Origin: Dendrobates tinctorius
Taxonomy: Eukaryota
Assembly (NCBI RefSeq): GCF_039654945.1
Contig: NW_027361752.1
Span: 31,819,796 to 31,870,000, forward strand
Reading direction: 5' to 3'
DNA: 50,205 nt
This document shows positions 20,521 to 33,334 of the stretch, one piece after another. Position numbers and translations under genes: made by a program. Below the pieces are notes generated by a model that did not search any database, had not been told where the DNA came from, and saw only the letters and a list, made by a program, of their open reading frames with translations. Position 1 is the first letter of the stretch, and every line of letters begins with the position of its first letter.

Positions 20521-21296
20521 CCGTATTTTTCCGACCATAAGACGCACTTTTTTCCCCCAAAATTTTTGGGGAAAGTGGGGGGTGCGTCTTATGGTCGCAA
20601 TACACGGTACTAACCTGGTGGCAGCGGGCGGGGCTCTGCGGTGCGGTGGTGGCAGCGGGCGGCGCTCTGCAGTGCGGTGGTGGCAGCGGGCTGTGCTCCG
20701 GTGCAGGGGCGGCGGCTCCGCCGGCATTTCTTCGCAGCCCGGAGGCCTCCGCACTTCCCTTGCTGGCCGCCGCCATGTTGCGGTGGCCTCCGGGAGCATG
20801 GACGCCGGAAAGATGGCCGCCGGTCCGGGGACGGCGCATGCGCGGGATCAGATCTCATCCCGCGCATGCGCCGTCCCCGGACCGGCGGCCATCTTTCCGG
20901 CGTCCATGCTCCCGGAGGCCACCGCAACATGGCGGAGGCCAGCAAGGGAAGTGCGGAGGCCTCCGGGCTGCGAAGAAATGCCGGCGGAGCCGCCGCCCCT
21001 GCATCGGAGCACAGCCCGCTGAGCCCACCTGCCCCAGCACTGCTGCCCCTGCCTCAGAACAGCTGCCCCAGCACAACCAACCTGCCCCAGCGCAGATCTG
21101 CCACCGCACGAGCCTGGACCACTGAATAACCCCTGTGACTACTTCTCCACCTGTGCCGGATCCCTTCCCAGGTAAGCTGAATTCGGACTGTAAGACGGAC
21201 CGCCATTTGACACGTTATTTTTTTTCCCCCTATTTTCCTACTGAAAATTGGGGTGCGTCTTATGGTCCGGTGCGTCTTATAGTCCGAAAAATACGG
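20521..21296. mobile_element. Tc1/mariner-superfamily (Tc2/pogo-like) MITE with an internal GC-rich palindrome of about 340 bp
   Basis: TA|CCGTATTTTTCCGACCATAAGACGCAC...GTGCGTCTTATAGTCCGAAAAATACGG|TA; palindrome about 20683-21020 centred near 20852. Confidence 0.85.
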
Positions 21297-21465
21297 TATG
21301 TCTCCAAGAAAGGCCTGGAGTGCGGTGACGTGTTTATAGCGTGTATAACTAGCAACATTTAAAAACAAATTCCCAATTTCTGTTTCTTTTTAATCAACCA
21401 CCTCCTTCATCGAAAAAGAAAACCACCAAATCAATCCCCGCCGCCATCACCTCCATGTCCCGCCC

Positions 21466-22844
21466 GCGAGTTTTTACTTTGCAGTGTAGATCTGTAGTGG
21501 GCGTGGCAGGGGTTGTGAGCTGCAGCGCTGATTGGTTCACCACGGCAGTGAGGGCGGTGCATTTATGAGCGCGCTCACATCCAGATCCTGGGGCAGGCTG
21601 GGAAGGTGAAAGGCAGCGTCTGTGCATTTCACAGGTGCTGGGCACGCTTTTCACAGGTGCAGCGTCTTCGCATTTCACAGGTGCTGGGAGCATATTTCAC
21701 AGGTGCAGCGTCTGCGCATTTCACAGGTGATGGGCCTGTGAAAAACACACCTGTGAAATGCGCGCCCAGCACCTGTGAAATGCGCAGACGCTGCACCTGT
21801 GAAAAGCGCGCCCAGCACCTGTGAAATGCGCAGACGCTTCACCTGTGAAAAGCGCCCAGCACCTGTGAAATGCACACTCTGCACCTGTGAAATGCGCCCA
21901 GCACCTGTGAAATGCGCAGACTCTGCACCTGTGAAAAGCGCCCAGCACCTGTGAAATGCACACTCTGCACCTGTGAAATGCGCAGACGCTGCACCTGTGA
22001 AATGCGCAGATGCTGCACCTGTGAAAAGCGCGCCCAGCACCTGTGAAATGCACACTCTGCACCTGTGAAAAGCGCCCAGCACCTGTGAAATGCGCAGACG
22101 CTGCACCTGTGAAATGCGCAGACGCTGCACCTGTGAAATGCGCAGACTCTGCACCTGTGAAATGCGCCCAGCACCTGTGAAATGCGCAGACGCTGCACCT
22201 GTGAAATGCGCAGACGCTGCACCTGTGAAATGCGCAGACGCTGCACCTGTGAAATGCGCAGACGCTGCACCTGTGAAATGCGCAGACTCTGCACCTGTGA
22301 AATGCGCCCAGCACCTGTGAAATGCGCAGACGCTGCACCTGTGAAATGCGCAGACGCTGCACCTGTGAAATGCGCAGACTCTGCACCTGTGAAAAGCGCC
22401 CAGCACCTGTGAAATGCGCAGACGCTGCACCTGTGAAAAGCGCCCAGCACCTGTGAAATGCGCCCAGCACCTGTGAAATGCGCAGACGCTGCACCTGTGA
22501 AATGCGCAGACGCTGCACCTGTGAAATGCGCAGACGCTGCACCTGTGAAATGCGCCCAGCACCTGTGAAATGCAGACTCTGCACCTGTGAACCTGTGAAA
22601 AGCGCGGCGAGAGGTAAAAATGCGCGCTCCTGAATGCGCGCGCCGCCTTGAGAGGGGTAGAAAGGCGTGCTCCTGAATGCGCGCCTTCCACCATCCCAGC
22701 CTGCCCCAGGATCTGGATGTGAGCGCGCTCATAAATGCACCGCCCTCACTGCCGTGGTGAACCAATCAGCGCTGCAGCTCACAACCCCTGCCACCCCACC
22801 TGACACGCCCACTTACAGATCTACACTGTAAAGTAAAAACTCAC
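21466..22844. mobile_element. Mutator/foldback-like non-autonomous element: TIRs of about 150 bp around a 20-24-bp minisatellite
   Basis: Arms 21466-21614 and about 22683-22844; 9-bp flanks GTCCCGCCC (21457-21465) and GTCCTGCCC (22845-22853); unit GCACCTGTGAAATGCGCAGACGCT. Confidence 0.8.
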
Positions 22845-22864
22845 GTCCTGCCCGACTCGACTGC

Positions 22865-23115
22865 TCCTGTCACGTGGCAACCCGGACCCTTTAGCGCGCC
22901 GCACGCTGCCAAGCCCCGCCCACTGACTTCTTTCCCGCTGATTGAGGTCGAGCGGAAGTGCGTCACTCTACTTCCGGTAGTATACAGACAGGCACAGTGT
23001 CGCCGTTTCCGCCCGAGCTGTGTTTTGTTTCCGTTGGCCGCGCTGCGCGTTGACGCCACGGTTCATTTCCGTGAGTGGAGGTCGGAAAAAGAAGAGAGGG
23101 CGAGAGAAAGAGGCG
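22865..23115 (+). promoter_or_regulatory. GABPA: GABPA core promoter and non-coding exon 1
   Basis: CpG-rich; E-box CACGTG 22871, GC box 22913, ETS sites GCGGAAGTG 22952 and ACTTCCGG 22970; splice donors GTGAGT 23071 and GTAAGT 23116. Confidence 0.75.
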
Positions 23116-25946
23116 GTAAGTCTGGAATGGAGGTGTCCGTGCCGAGAGGAGGCCTGCTATTAACCCTGTTACTGCCAGAGGGCTAGCGGTTCTAGTGGAT
23201 TAGTAACTGGCTGCTGTCACATGGGGCCGCTGTGTGGGACTACAAGCCTCAGCAGTCGCTGCTCCTCGCCCCCTCCTGCTGTGCTCGGTGTGACTTGTCA
23301 CCATGGCAACTGACCCATCTGGGGGCCACAGTGTCACCAGGAGCCCCAGTGAGCTGGCTGCGATAATTGTGGCCCAGAGCAGAGTCTATGCATCTGTCTG
23401 CTGCCTCCGCAGGGTCTGGTGCGGCTTCCGTCATCTGACAGCAAACATGGCTGCTACCGTGTGTGTTCCCTTGAGTCTGCACTGTCAGGTCGGTGTTCCC
23501 AAAATCTCAAGCGATCACCAATATTATAGGTGGTCTGACCCCCTATAGGTCCCATGGGGAAACCTGCTGCTCACTGAGGCTTTGACCACTGGAACCCCCC
23601 CCAGCTATTGTGAGACCCCTACCCCAGCAACTTTCGGAGCAGAGGAGCACATGCTCAACCTCCTCTCATCATCTATGGACACCAGAAATCCTCGGGGGTT
23701 TCCAGCACTCCCATGGACAATGAATGGAGTGACGTTCCAGCGTGCACATCTTCCATCCAAGAGGGGACTGACCAGCCCCGATCACAGGATCGCTGGTAAC
23801 CCACAAGTAACTTGTGATATCTTTCCTGTTAAAGCATATGGATGTTATCGAGAGTAACTCCCTCTGTGAGTGGAGCACGGCTCTGTATGAGTAGCCCCTA
23901 ACTTCTAACACCCTTGTATTACGGGGATGCTCAGTTTTACCTGCTAGAGGAAAAAAAAAAGAGTAGGATTGTAAACGCTCATGTGATTGCCTCCAGGGCG
24001 GCATTCTCTGATGAGACAACCCGTCGCACATAGTGCTTCTAGGGATATGCTAAAAGTGGGCACACTTTAACCTTTTAATTTACAGTGATTTTGTGGCAAG
24101 CACAGGTGACGTGTACAACATGACATAAATGTGTGTTGTGGTCGTCCCCCTTGGCACGCGGTTCCATCACAGTGATATTTCAGGTGCTGTGAGTTCAGGA
24201 GTGGGTCTGTAATACTCAGCTATGCTGCTGCTGTAAGCTCCTCTTACATGCCACCAGCAATAGTGAAGACAGGCTCAGGGTGTCAGACAGAGATAAAGGT
24301 GTGTGTTTTTTATATTTTTTGCTTTTCCTCCCCTTAAAATAAGTCTCACCTGATGAGGTGCATCCTCTAAGCCTCAGGTCCATGTGAAAAGATGTAAAAG
24401 GGGTTATCCAGGACTATTGTATTTTTTCATTATTGGCTGAAGAACAGGCAGGTACTTGCTAACTACCTGTCTGGTGGCACAGAACAGTCACAGACCGCTG
24501 CTGCAGTAGATTCTGCAACTTCTCTTCCGCACCTCTCCTTTGATGAGTGAATGGTGACGTCATGCTGATTGACATCCAGCTCTCTGCTGCCTGAGTGCAT
24601 GGAGCCACCTGTCAATCAGCATATCATCTATCGGCAGTCACATCTTGTCAACAGAGCAGCCCGGAAGAAGAGGCGCTGCTCTGTTGACGTGGATCAGCAG
24701 GCTTGCCAGAGCCGGCGCTGGGTAGAACAGACAGGTAGTTGCCTCTGTTAGCAACTACCTGCATGTTTATAAGAAAGAGGGGGGGGGGAAAGGTCCTGGA
24801 AAATCCCTCTAATCAGCACAGGCAGGTGACACGGGTGCAGCAGGGTAGAACCCCTTCGGTGTGGGAGATGTAGTGAAGCCGTACTGATGTTGCTGAGCTG
24901 AAGGACTGAAATGGGGGAGACAGATGCAGCCTACTGAATACGTCTGAATAGCGCCAGAACTCAACTCTTAAGATTATTAATTTTGCCTTTATTAATGGAT
25001 ATTGAAAATGTTCACAAAATCTAAGATTCCAGCTTTCTGTAAAAACTGGATTAATTTTGAGGTACCTTATAACAGTCAGAACAAGTTCTGTAGTGTGTGC
25101 AGCTGAGTTCCATATTAACATCTTTCCTCTCCATCCGTTTCCTGACCCCCATCTGCTCTTCCTGTACAGGCTTCATCCAGAATCGCATATAAATGCCAAG
25201 CTACGTTTTTTTGTTTTTTTTTTATTGTGCTTTCATCAGAACTTGCTTTTTAATTAATATTAATTCATAGAGTTCCCCTGATCCATCTGCTTTGTAAGCG
25301 CACAGGGTTGTAGGTGGTTTCCTGCTTTGGAGACGCGGAGCTGATCTAGTTCTGGATGACCCGTACCGTCAATTTCAAGGACAACTTTTAGCATCAGTCA
25401 GGGTAAAATCTCCTATACAACTGATTGCTTAATGTAGACTATTCCTTTAAGCTTCAATTACCCACGTAGTTACTGCTGCAGTCGTGTGAGCCAAAGCTCT
25501 GCATGGATCCAGCAGGAAAGGGAAGTGTAACCCCTCCTTTATGTTCTTCGTTACCCCCAATTCTTTTTTATCCCTAGTGAGCATTTTCCTATCTGCTGCC
25601 GTATGTTTGTTGGTACATGTTGCACAGCCAGGCTGTGCTCTTCCTGTCCACCCTGCAGCATATGGACCTGTCGCATTTATTATAGCAGCGCAGCAGTGAT
25701 GTCACGGAGGATTGATGACGACCTCTGATCGACTGTCTCATTCGTTTTGTGACATCATGTTTTAAATGGCCAAAGTAAATGACAGCAACGTGTGACTTTA
25801 TAGATCCGTTCAGGTGTTTTTGCTGCTGAATGTGATGTAAATCCATGCTGTATATATGACAATGTTTTGCATTGCTTGTTATGTCAGCAGTAATCTTTAT
25901 CTGTTTTCTGAAATCATATAGGTTTATATCAGAAAAAAAAATCGCC

Positions 25947-26023
25947 ATGACGAAGAGGGAGGCCGAGGAGCTGATAGAGATAGAAATCGATGGGACAGAA
26001 AAGACAGAGTGTACAGAAGAAAG
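25947..26023 (+). CDS. GABPA: GA-binding protein alpha, coding exon 1 (MTKREAEELIEIEIDGTEKTECTEE)
   Basis: gccATGA start; acceptor at 25921; donor gtatgg. Confidence 0.95.
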
Positions 26024-26572
26024 GTATGGAAAATCCCAACTGTAACATTACCCTATGGCTATGTTTACACGTTGTTTTTTAATGCAACTCTTCAGCTGCG
26101 TTTTACAGTACCAGTGAAGTATGAGATTTCAGAAATGTCACGCACACAACTTATTTATTTTGTGCAATTCTTTATTTTTGCCAAATGCAGCATGCCACTT
26201 TTTTCAGCGTTTTTTTTCACCCATTGAAAGCAATTAAATTTTGGCGTAAAAACGGATACCTGCTTTTTTTTTTTTTTTTTTGTGCCAAAACCTGTTAAAG
26301 TAGAATCAAGTTATTTTTTTATGCACTAAACTTTCTCAGCATGCACAAGAGACAAATGTACGATGACCAAAACACTGGGAAAAAAAATGTAACAAAAACC
26401 AGGCAATACCTGTTTTTTTTAAACAAATTTCTTACTGCCGAGAGACCTGCAGAAAAAAAACTCATCACAACGCAACGTGTGAACATAGCCTATGTGTTAT
26501 AACACATGGGTTGGAGGAATGCATGCAAATTAAAAGGGTTTTCCAGTTTAAACACAAACCTCTCCAGTCTAA

Positions 26573-27233
26573 AGGCCCCGTCACACTAAACGACTTACCA
26601 GCGATCCCGACACCGATATGAAGGTGTCAGGATCGCTGGTAAATCGCTATGTGATCGCTGGTGAGCTGTCACACAGACAGCTTCACCAGCGATCAGCACA
26701 GCGATGCCGAGCGCCCGGCATTGCTGGCCATCCTGTAAAAAATAGAATCAAAATAAAAAATATAGTTATTCTCACCTTCCGATGTCGCGTTCAGCCATCC
26801 TGCCTCTCTCCACGCTCCGGTCCCAGTGATCCTTTGCGAGAATGACCGCGAGATGTCACAGTCTCGTGGGATAACAAAGTCTCGCGGTCATTCGTGCAAA
26901 GGATCACTGGGACCGGAGCGTGGAGAGAGGCGGGATGGCTGAACGCGACATCGGAAGGTGAGAATAACTATAATTCTTATTTTTTTAATTATTTTTTACA
27001 CCTGATCGCTGGTCTCCCGCCTGTCACACGCAGCGATGCGTGCTGGCCAGCGGGAGACCAGCGACCAAAGAAATGTCCAGAGATTTCTTCCAGCGATCAG
27101 CGATACCGGCAGGGGGGCCGCTCGCTGATCGCTGTCACACACAGCGATCTCGCTGGTGAGATCGCTGTTACGTCACAAAAGTTGTGACTCAGCAGCGATC
27201 TCGCTACTGAGATTGCTTAGTGAGACGGGGCCT
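26573..27233. mobile_element. PIF/Harbinger-like MITE with internal hairpin
   Basis: TAA|AGGCCCCGTCACACTAA...TTAGTGAGACGGGGCCT|TTA; many CAGCGATC subterminal motifs; hairpin about 26770-26965. Confidence 0.8.
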
Positions 27234-27665
27234 TTACTGTAGATTGCTGAATCCTAACTGCGAGCAATATGCATCCGATCGGGGCATCCCTCCATTACCT
27301 TCTCCAGTGGTCGTCACGTGACAGCTCATGCAATCTGTGTTTTGGCAGTCACATGATGACTAGTCATCTTTCCTGCTTCTGTTATTGCTCTGTTTGGAGA
27401 AGCCAGTTGGCAGGTGATCGCAAGTTGCATACGGACAGTGTACAGATTGCAGGATTCATTAATCTACAGCCAGACTGCAGAAATGTGTGATTTGCCCAGA
27501 AACCCCTTTGAGATTTTTTCAGTAATAATTAGGTCATTTGCTTCTCCTGCTCCAGGGAACAATTGAAGTTTTTTTGCAGTTAACCATGTAAGCTAATGAT
27601 GCCTGTGTTTAACGCTTCTGAAATCTTACAAGTAAAAGTTCTTTTGCCGTACCTTTACATTTCAG

Positions 27666-27810
27666 CATCATAGAGCAGACCTATACCACTGCAGAGTTTG
27701 TCAGCCAGTCTATCGACATAAATGAGCCAATTGGAAATCTTAAGAAACTGTTAGAGCCCAGACTTCAGTGTTCGCTGGACGCTCATGAAATCTGTTTACA
27801 AGACATCCAG
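27666..27810 (+). CDS. GABPA: GABPA coding exon 2 (OST domain: SQSIDINEPIGNLKKLLEPRLQCSLDAHEICLQDIQ)
   Basis: ttcag / gtacgt boundaries, phase consistent. Confidence 0.96.
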
Positions 27811-28334
27811 GTACGTGCACTTGTTATATATATGTGCGACTACAACATAAGGGCACATACATATAGTGTCGTCTTCAGGCGGGTCTGCGCTGAATCCTGA
27901 AAAAGTTCTCAGAAAATGCTCAGAAGTGGTAAAATAACTCCCTTCTTCAGGTGTTCTTGGTTTATAGACACTTTGTATTTTACAACACAAGGAAATGGGG
28001 TGGCGTAAAAAAAAGTTTGTGAAAGATGATGAAAACCCCACCACCACCATCCCTGCAAAAAAGACACTTGGGGCACTCTCAGTATTTGTAAGCCAAAACT
28101 AGGAGTGGGTGAAAAATGTAAAAGTGAGTGACAAAAATGTAGAAGTGGTTGAAGTCTTTCTATTACACTTTTCCTCTGATTGTTCCACTTTTAGTATTGG
28201 CTTACAAATACTGAAGGTGTGAACGTGGCCTTAAGGGGAAAAAAAAATTCTGTCGTTTCCTGAACGGCTGGTTGGCCTCGTGTAAAAATCATGTGCACAT
28301 TTCTTAATAGTCATTCGCATTGTGATGATATGAG

Positions 28335-28580
28335 GGCAGCTCAGTGGTTAGCACTGTTGCTATGCAGCGCTAGGGTCCTGGGTTCAAAGGACAAAATCCA
28401 CAAGGAGATTGAATGTTCTCCCCGTGTTTTCGTGGGTTTCCTCTGGGTTCTCTGGTTTCATCCCACATTCCAAAGACTTAATGATAGGGAGTTTAGATTG
28501 TGAGTCCCATTGGGGACTGTGCTGATAATGTCTGTTAAGCGCTGTGGAATTAATAGGGTTTAATAAATGAGTAAAATAAA
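28335..28580 (+). mobile_element. Degenerate V-SINE-like element
   Basis: GCTCAGTGGTTAGCACTG...ATGTTCTCCCCGTGTTTTCGTGGGTTTCC; related to 18183-18390. Confidence 0.7.
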
Positions 28581-28674
28581 TAAAGTGCTGTGGAGTTAAT
28601 GCCATTATTTAAGTGAGTAAAATAAAACATTTTGCATTCATTTTTTTCCATCATTTGCCTTATTTCTTCAACAG

Positions 28675-28759
28675 CTCGATCCAGACAGAAGTTTATTTGA
28701 CCAGGGAGTTAAAACCGATGGATCCGTACAACTGAGTGTGCAAGTTATTTCTCAGCAAG
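28675..28759 (+). CDS. GABPA: GABPA coding exon 3 (LDPDRSLFDQGVKTDGSVQLSVQVISQQ)
   Basis: caacag / gttagt boundaries. Confidence 0.96.
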
Positions 28760-29423
28760 GTTAGTAGTCTGACCTGGATGCATATGTACATACTAAAATA
28801 CATGTCATAGCAGTATGAGTTGAACGAGCTACATACAACAAATCTCACTTTTTCACTTCTTTTCAGTAAATTATATGATAAACTTACAACTCTCCCTGCA
28901 ATAGACAAGGCATCACATGGCTAGGTTGACAGAAAAAGAAATGTTATGACATCTGCCATCCACTTTTTATCATTAAAAAAAAATCCTTGCAAAAGCGCGC
29001 AGCAGATTTTGATATCCGCAGAATCATATATTTGTTGGGTTTTGTCACTGAATACACACATTGCAGTGCATATTTGAGACCTTAACCTAAATGTCAATGT
29101 AAGAGACAGTGGGACAGATTCGCTGTCACGCTCTCATCAGAGGTGACAGTAAGGTGTCAGCGCTGCCTCACTGTGTGGGAGACTGAGGACGGATGCTGCA
29201 CTCCTGTCACTAATCAAGGGTGATGGAGACCATGCTTGCTGTGGCCTTTTCATAACTGCTTATTATACCCTATTATATTTTGTTGGAGTCCTATTTTATA
29301 TGAACATATATGATCACAATAATTTGAGTCCATTTCTATGTCATAAATAGTTTTCCTTCTTGATTTGGTGCAAGGCTTGCACACACTTCATGTTGTGCAA
29401 TGTTTTGTCATTTATGTGCATAG

Positions 29424-29666
29424 GCCTTGAGCCAAAGCTCAACATACTTGAGATAGTCAAACCTGTAGAGACTGTAGAAGTGGTGATCGATCCGGACGCC
29501 CATCATGGAGCGGTGGAAGCTCAGCTTGTAGAAGAGGCTCAGGTGATCACGCTGGACGACACAAAGCATGTCACCATCTCAGATGAAACCTCAGAACAAG
29601 TGACCCGGTGGGCTGCGGCATTGGAGGGTTATAGGAAGGAGCAAGAGCGCTTGGGCATACCGTACG
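29424..29666 (+). CDS. GABPA: GABPA coding exon 4 (LEPKLNILEIVKP...EQERLGIPY)
   Basis: gcatag / gtgagt boundaries. Confidence 0.96.
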
Positions 29667-30234
29667 GTGAGTGATGGCACATGTCTGCTTGGTGTAGTAT
29701 ATGTGAAGTCTGTTACATTGGGGGATAATTAAGTGTCCTAAATTTAGAGAACGTGACACTAGATCTGACGGCTGAAGTCCAATTTTACAGACTCCACTTC
29801 CAGGTTCCTTCCGACATGGGAGGGGGGGATAATCCCCAGTGCCTCCCCTGACCACATCCTTCCCTGCTTTATTTTTTTCTTAATTGTAAAGTGCTGCGGA
29901 ATATGTTGGCGCTATATAAATAAAAATTATTATTGTTATTATTATTTTCTTTGTTGGTGCCTGACTAGTGATGTGTATGAAGGGATTGGTTCAATTCAGT
30001 AGATAAGCCTGTACCCTTTCTTTCTTGGCTAAGCATGGAAGTGCAGCAAGGCCATTGAGACCCAGAGGAGGGTTTTTTTTTTTTTTTTTTCTACATGTAA
30101 GAAGCACGTTTTGTCTCGACTTCATAGAACGTTATGCATGAAATAAACTGCAATACTATAGTATTGCAGAGTATTGTATCGGTGATCCTGGCAGGTACAA
30201 GCACCCTGGGGAGATTGATTTTACATATATTTAT

Positions 30235-30426
30235 TTCAGAAAAAAGAGGCAGCACTCCAGTATTTTCAAAAATACGAAAGGGACTTAAATAGCCCTGGTG
30301 GCGTGGCGGCGTTATTTGCTTGAGAGAGGCTCATTCTAGCCGAAACGTCGCCACGCCACCAGGGCTGTTAAAGTCCCCTTTGTATTTTTGAAAATACTGG
30401 AGTGCTGCCTTTTTTTTTTCTCTGAA
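30235..30426. mobile_element. Inverted-repeat remnant, probably Penelope-like, with a hammerhead-like core in the loop
   Basis: Arms about 30235-30313 and 30344-30426; CTTGAGAGA-GGCT-CATTCT-AGCC-GAAACGTCG at 30319-30350. Confidence 0.55.
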
Positions 30427-31989
30427 TTTATTTCCTTTGGCAGGGAGGGTCTCTTTGCTGAGAGGCCCTGGCACCCATAGTACTTTTATGTGTGCTGTTC
30501 CAATTTTTTGTATTAAAAAAAAGAAAAATTGCTGTGTGTAATTGTACTAATGTTTTACTCCATACTACGTTGAAGATTAAGACTGAAATTAGAATCAAAA
30601 TGGCAAAATATAGATTAAAAAAAAGGTCAAAGTCGTATGAACTCCAAAAACCAACTACAACTTATATTGCAAAAACAAGTCATACGGTTTGAAAAATAAA
30701 GGTATGGCGACTGAAACCAAATGGCTTTCAATTTTCAACACTAGCAAGGGGTAATATGTTTGAAATGCCTCAATAATTGCAGCACATAATGAAATTGCCA
30801 CCCTCGCCTTGTTCTTTCACACGGTGTAACATTGATAAAATGCATATGAAGAGCCATGTGTGAGTGAATGAGGCCTAAAATAGGATTTACTATTGCTTAC
30901 AGCCATGAGGAAAGATAAGTACACCCTATTAGAGTTGTATGGTTTTGCGTATCGGGACATAAAGGGAACCCGCCGCCTGAATCATTGGCACAGCCAAAAG
31001 TTTTACCATAACCAGGTTCCCCGCATCATGTTCCCACATGCTTTATGCATCCATTAGCCCTCTGCGTCTGTACTGTTACACACTTAACATTATGGCTGGT
31101 CCATACAATCAGGGCAACTGTTACCACCCACCTTTCGTGTCTCCCCTTTTTCCCTCATAGATTGTAAGCTTGCGAGCAGGGCCCTCATTCCTCTTGGTAT
31201 CTGTTATAATCTATGTGATTATTGTTATGCTGTAATGTCTATTGTCTGTACAAGTCCCATGTAAAGTGCTGTGGAGTATGTCGGCGCTATAGAAATAAAA
31301 TTTATTATTATTATAATCTCGCTGCCTAATCCGCGGGCAGCATAAATTGGATTCTGGCTTTACAATTGCAGCCAGGTATATTTTTATTTGAAACTCTGTT
31401 TCAGGAGAAATAATCTTTTAAATGGTTTGTCTCAGAAACTGAGTAAACATTTAATCTATAGATCTTGGAATAATAATCAGTTCCACATTTGGATATATTA
31501 AAAAAAGAAAATAAAAAAATGTTCCTGTTCTGAGGTAATCTTCTATATGTGACCCTGCTATGTACTGTGTTTGCGATCATGCAGTGCATCGGAGCTCGTA
31601 TGTCACAGACTTGATTTATGATGAGCTCACAGGACTGGTGACACAGCAGAAACACTCGCTTTTGTGATGAAACAAACAAGCAGAGAAAATGTGCTGTCTC
31701 ACATAAAGAAGTAGTTGCAATTCCCTTGTGTGTCATCAGTATACTCACTTCTGCCAGAAGATTAACACTTGAGGACTTGTACACCTGCTGCCATGTAGTC
31801 CTCCATAGTCATGATCTCTGTATAACCCTGCCCCCTCCAGTGAATAGCAGCTTTCTGCCTATGTACAGTGTAGTGTGATGTGGGGTTATACAGAACTCCG
31901 CATACTCAGCAGTTCTCTACCTGCTAGATCTGCAGCGACACAGTGCCATCTATATCTGGTGTAATCTGCTTCTCTTTGTTCGTTTCCAG

Positions 31990-32184
31990 ATCCACTCCAG
32001 TGGTCCACAGACCAAGTGCTACACTGGGTGCTATGGGTGATGAAGGAGTTTGGTATGACCGATATCAATGTGAACGCCCTCAGTATTCCCGGAAGAGAGC
32101 TCTGCCAGATCGGGCAAGAAGACTTCTTTCAGAGAGTCCCCAGAGGCGAGATATTATGGAGTCATCTGGAGCTGCTAAGGAAAT
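31990..32184 (+). CDS. GABPA: GABPA coding exon 5 (Pointed/SAM domain: PLQWSTDQVLHW...GEILWSHLELLRK)
   Basis: ttccag / gtacga boundaries. Confidence 0.96.
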
Positions 32185-32835
32185 GTACGAAAACGTTCAG
32201 GACATGTGCAGAGGAAATGGTTCTTATGTGTCTGCATGTAATAGTGTTCTTGCTGGTGTCAGCGCTCTGCTTTCAGAGGCCGACTCTATTGGCCCATTGT
32301 GTATTGTCTGACAGGCTGGCTACACTTAGTGTAAGATGTGTTATGTGGCTCTTCTGTATGACTACTGAATGGTAAGGTGTGTCCAAGCAGCCGGCTGAGT
32401 GTGGCAGGTCCTGCTCGTCTACCCCGCTGTTTGGCAAACCTCAGGAAAGACTGATCATGCAGGGATTAGATTGGGCCAGTGTGCTCCAGAGCACAAGCAA
32501 CTCTGCAAAATGTTTTTTTTCTTTTTTTTTCTCTGTTGGATGTGCATCTGTGACCGGCATATATCCTCTTAGTGCATATGAGCCCCAGTATATAAATAGG
32601 TTTCCTGCTAACAAAAAGCCCTTTTATTTAAAAAATGTTAAACACCTTAGAGCAAATGGACGTGCCTGTAAGTCCACATATGTGTAGGGGGCATAGGAGC
32701 TGAGCCCTCGCAACATGCAGCAGATGTCAGCTCTGTTTAACAGCCAGCGTCTGCCTGTAACGGCTTTGTTTGCAACTCTGTTTAACCATTTAGTTGGAGT
32801 CAGAGACCCTGATCCCAGCGATGTGTCGTTTACAG

Positions 32836-32997
32836 CAGGGTTCCCCAACTCCAGTCCTCAAGGCCCACCAACAGATCATGTTTTCAGGATTTCCTTTGTA
32901 TTGCACAGGTGAAGCCATTATCACCTGAGCAACACTAAGGAAATCCTGAAAATATGATCTGTTGGTGGGCCTTGAGGACTGGAGTTGGGGAACCCTG
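32836..32997. mobile_element. hAT-type MITE (162 bp)
   Basis: CAGGGTTCCCCAACTCC...GGAGTTGGGGAACCCTG, almost fully palindromic; perfect 8-bp TSD GTTTACAG at 32828-32835 and 32998-33005. Confidence 0.92.
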
Positions 32998-33334
32998 GTT
33001 TACAGGGTTATGTTTTGCTTTTTTTCAATAAAATCGGTGTTTTATCAGCAGGACATTATCGCTACAGGACTATGTGTCTCGTGCCTCCTGGTCCAACTCT
33101 GACGGAGCCGCATTCTGCCAATCAGTTGTGTGGGCGGGGTTCTACAGGGCTCAGCATTCAGACCTCTGATGGATTGTATCCCAGCTGCTGCCCCCAGTAA
33201 CCTAAGTGACACATCCCTGGAAGCAGGGTCTCCGCTCTTAAATCAGATTACACAGCAAAAACCTGTTGACAGATTCCCTTTAAGACTGTTGTTATGGCGT
33301 CACTTCATTTATTTTGGTGTTTTTTTCCCACCAG

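Noticed and set aside
20474-22765. Many overlapping Arg/Ala/Pro-rich ORFs on both strands
   Set aside because: Products of the GC palindrome and the minisatellite.
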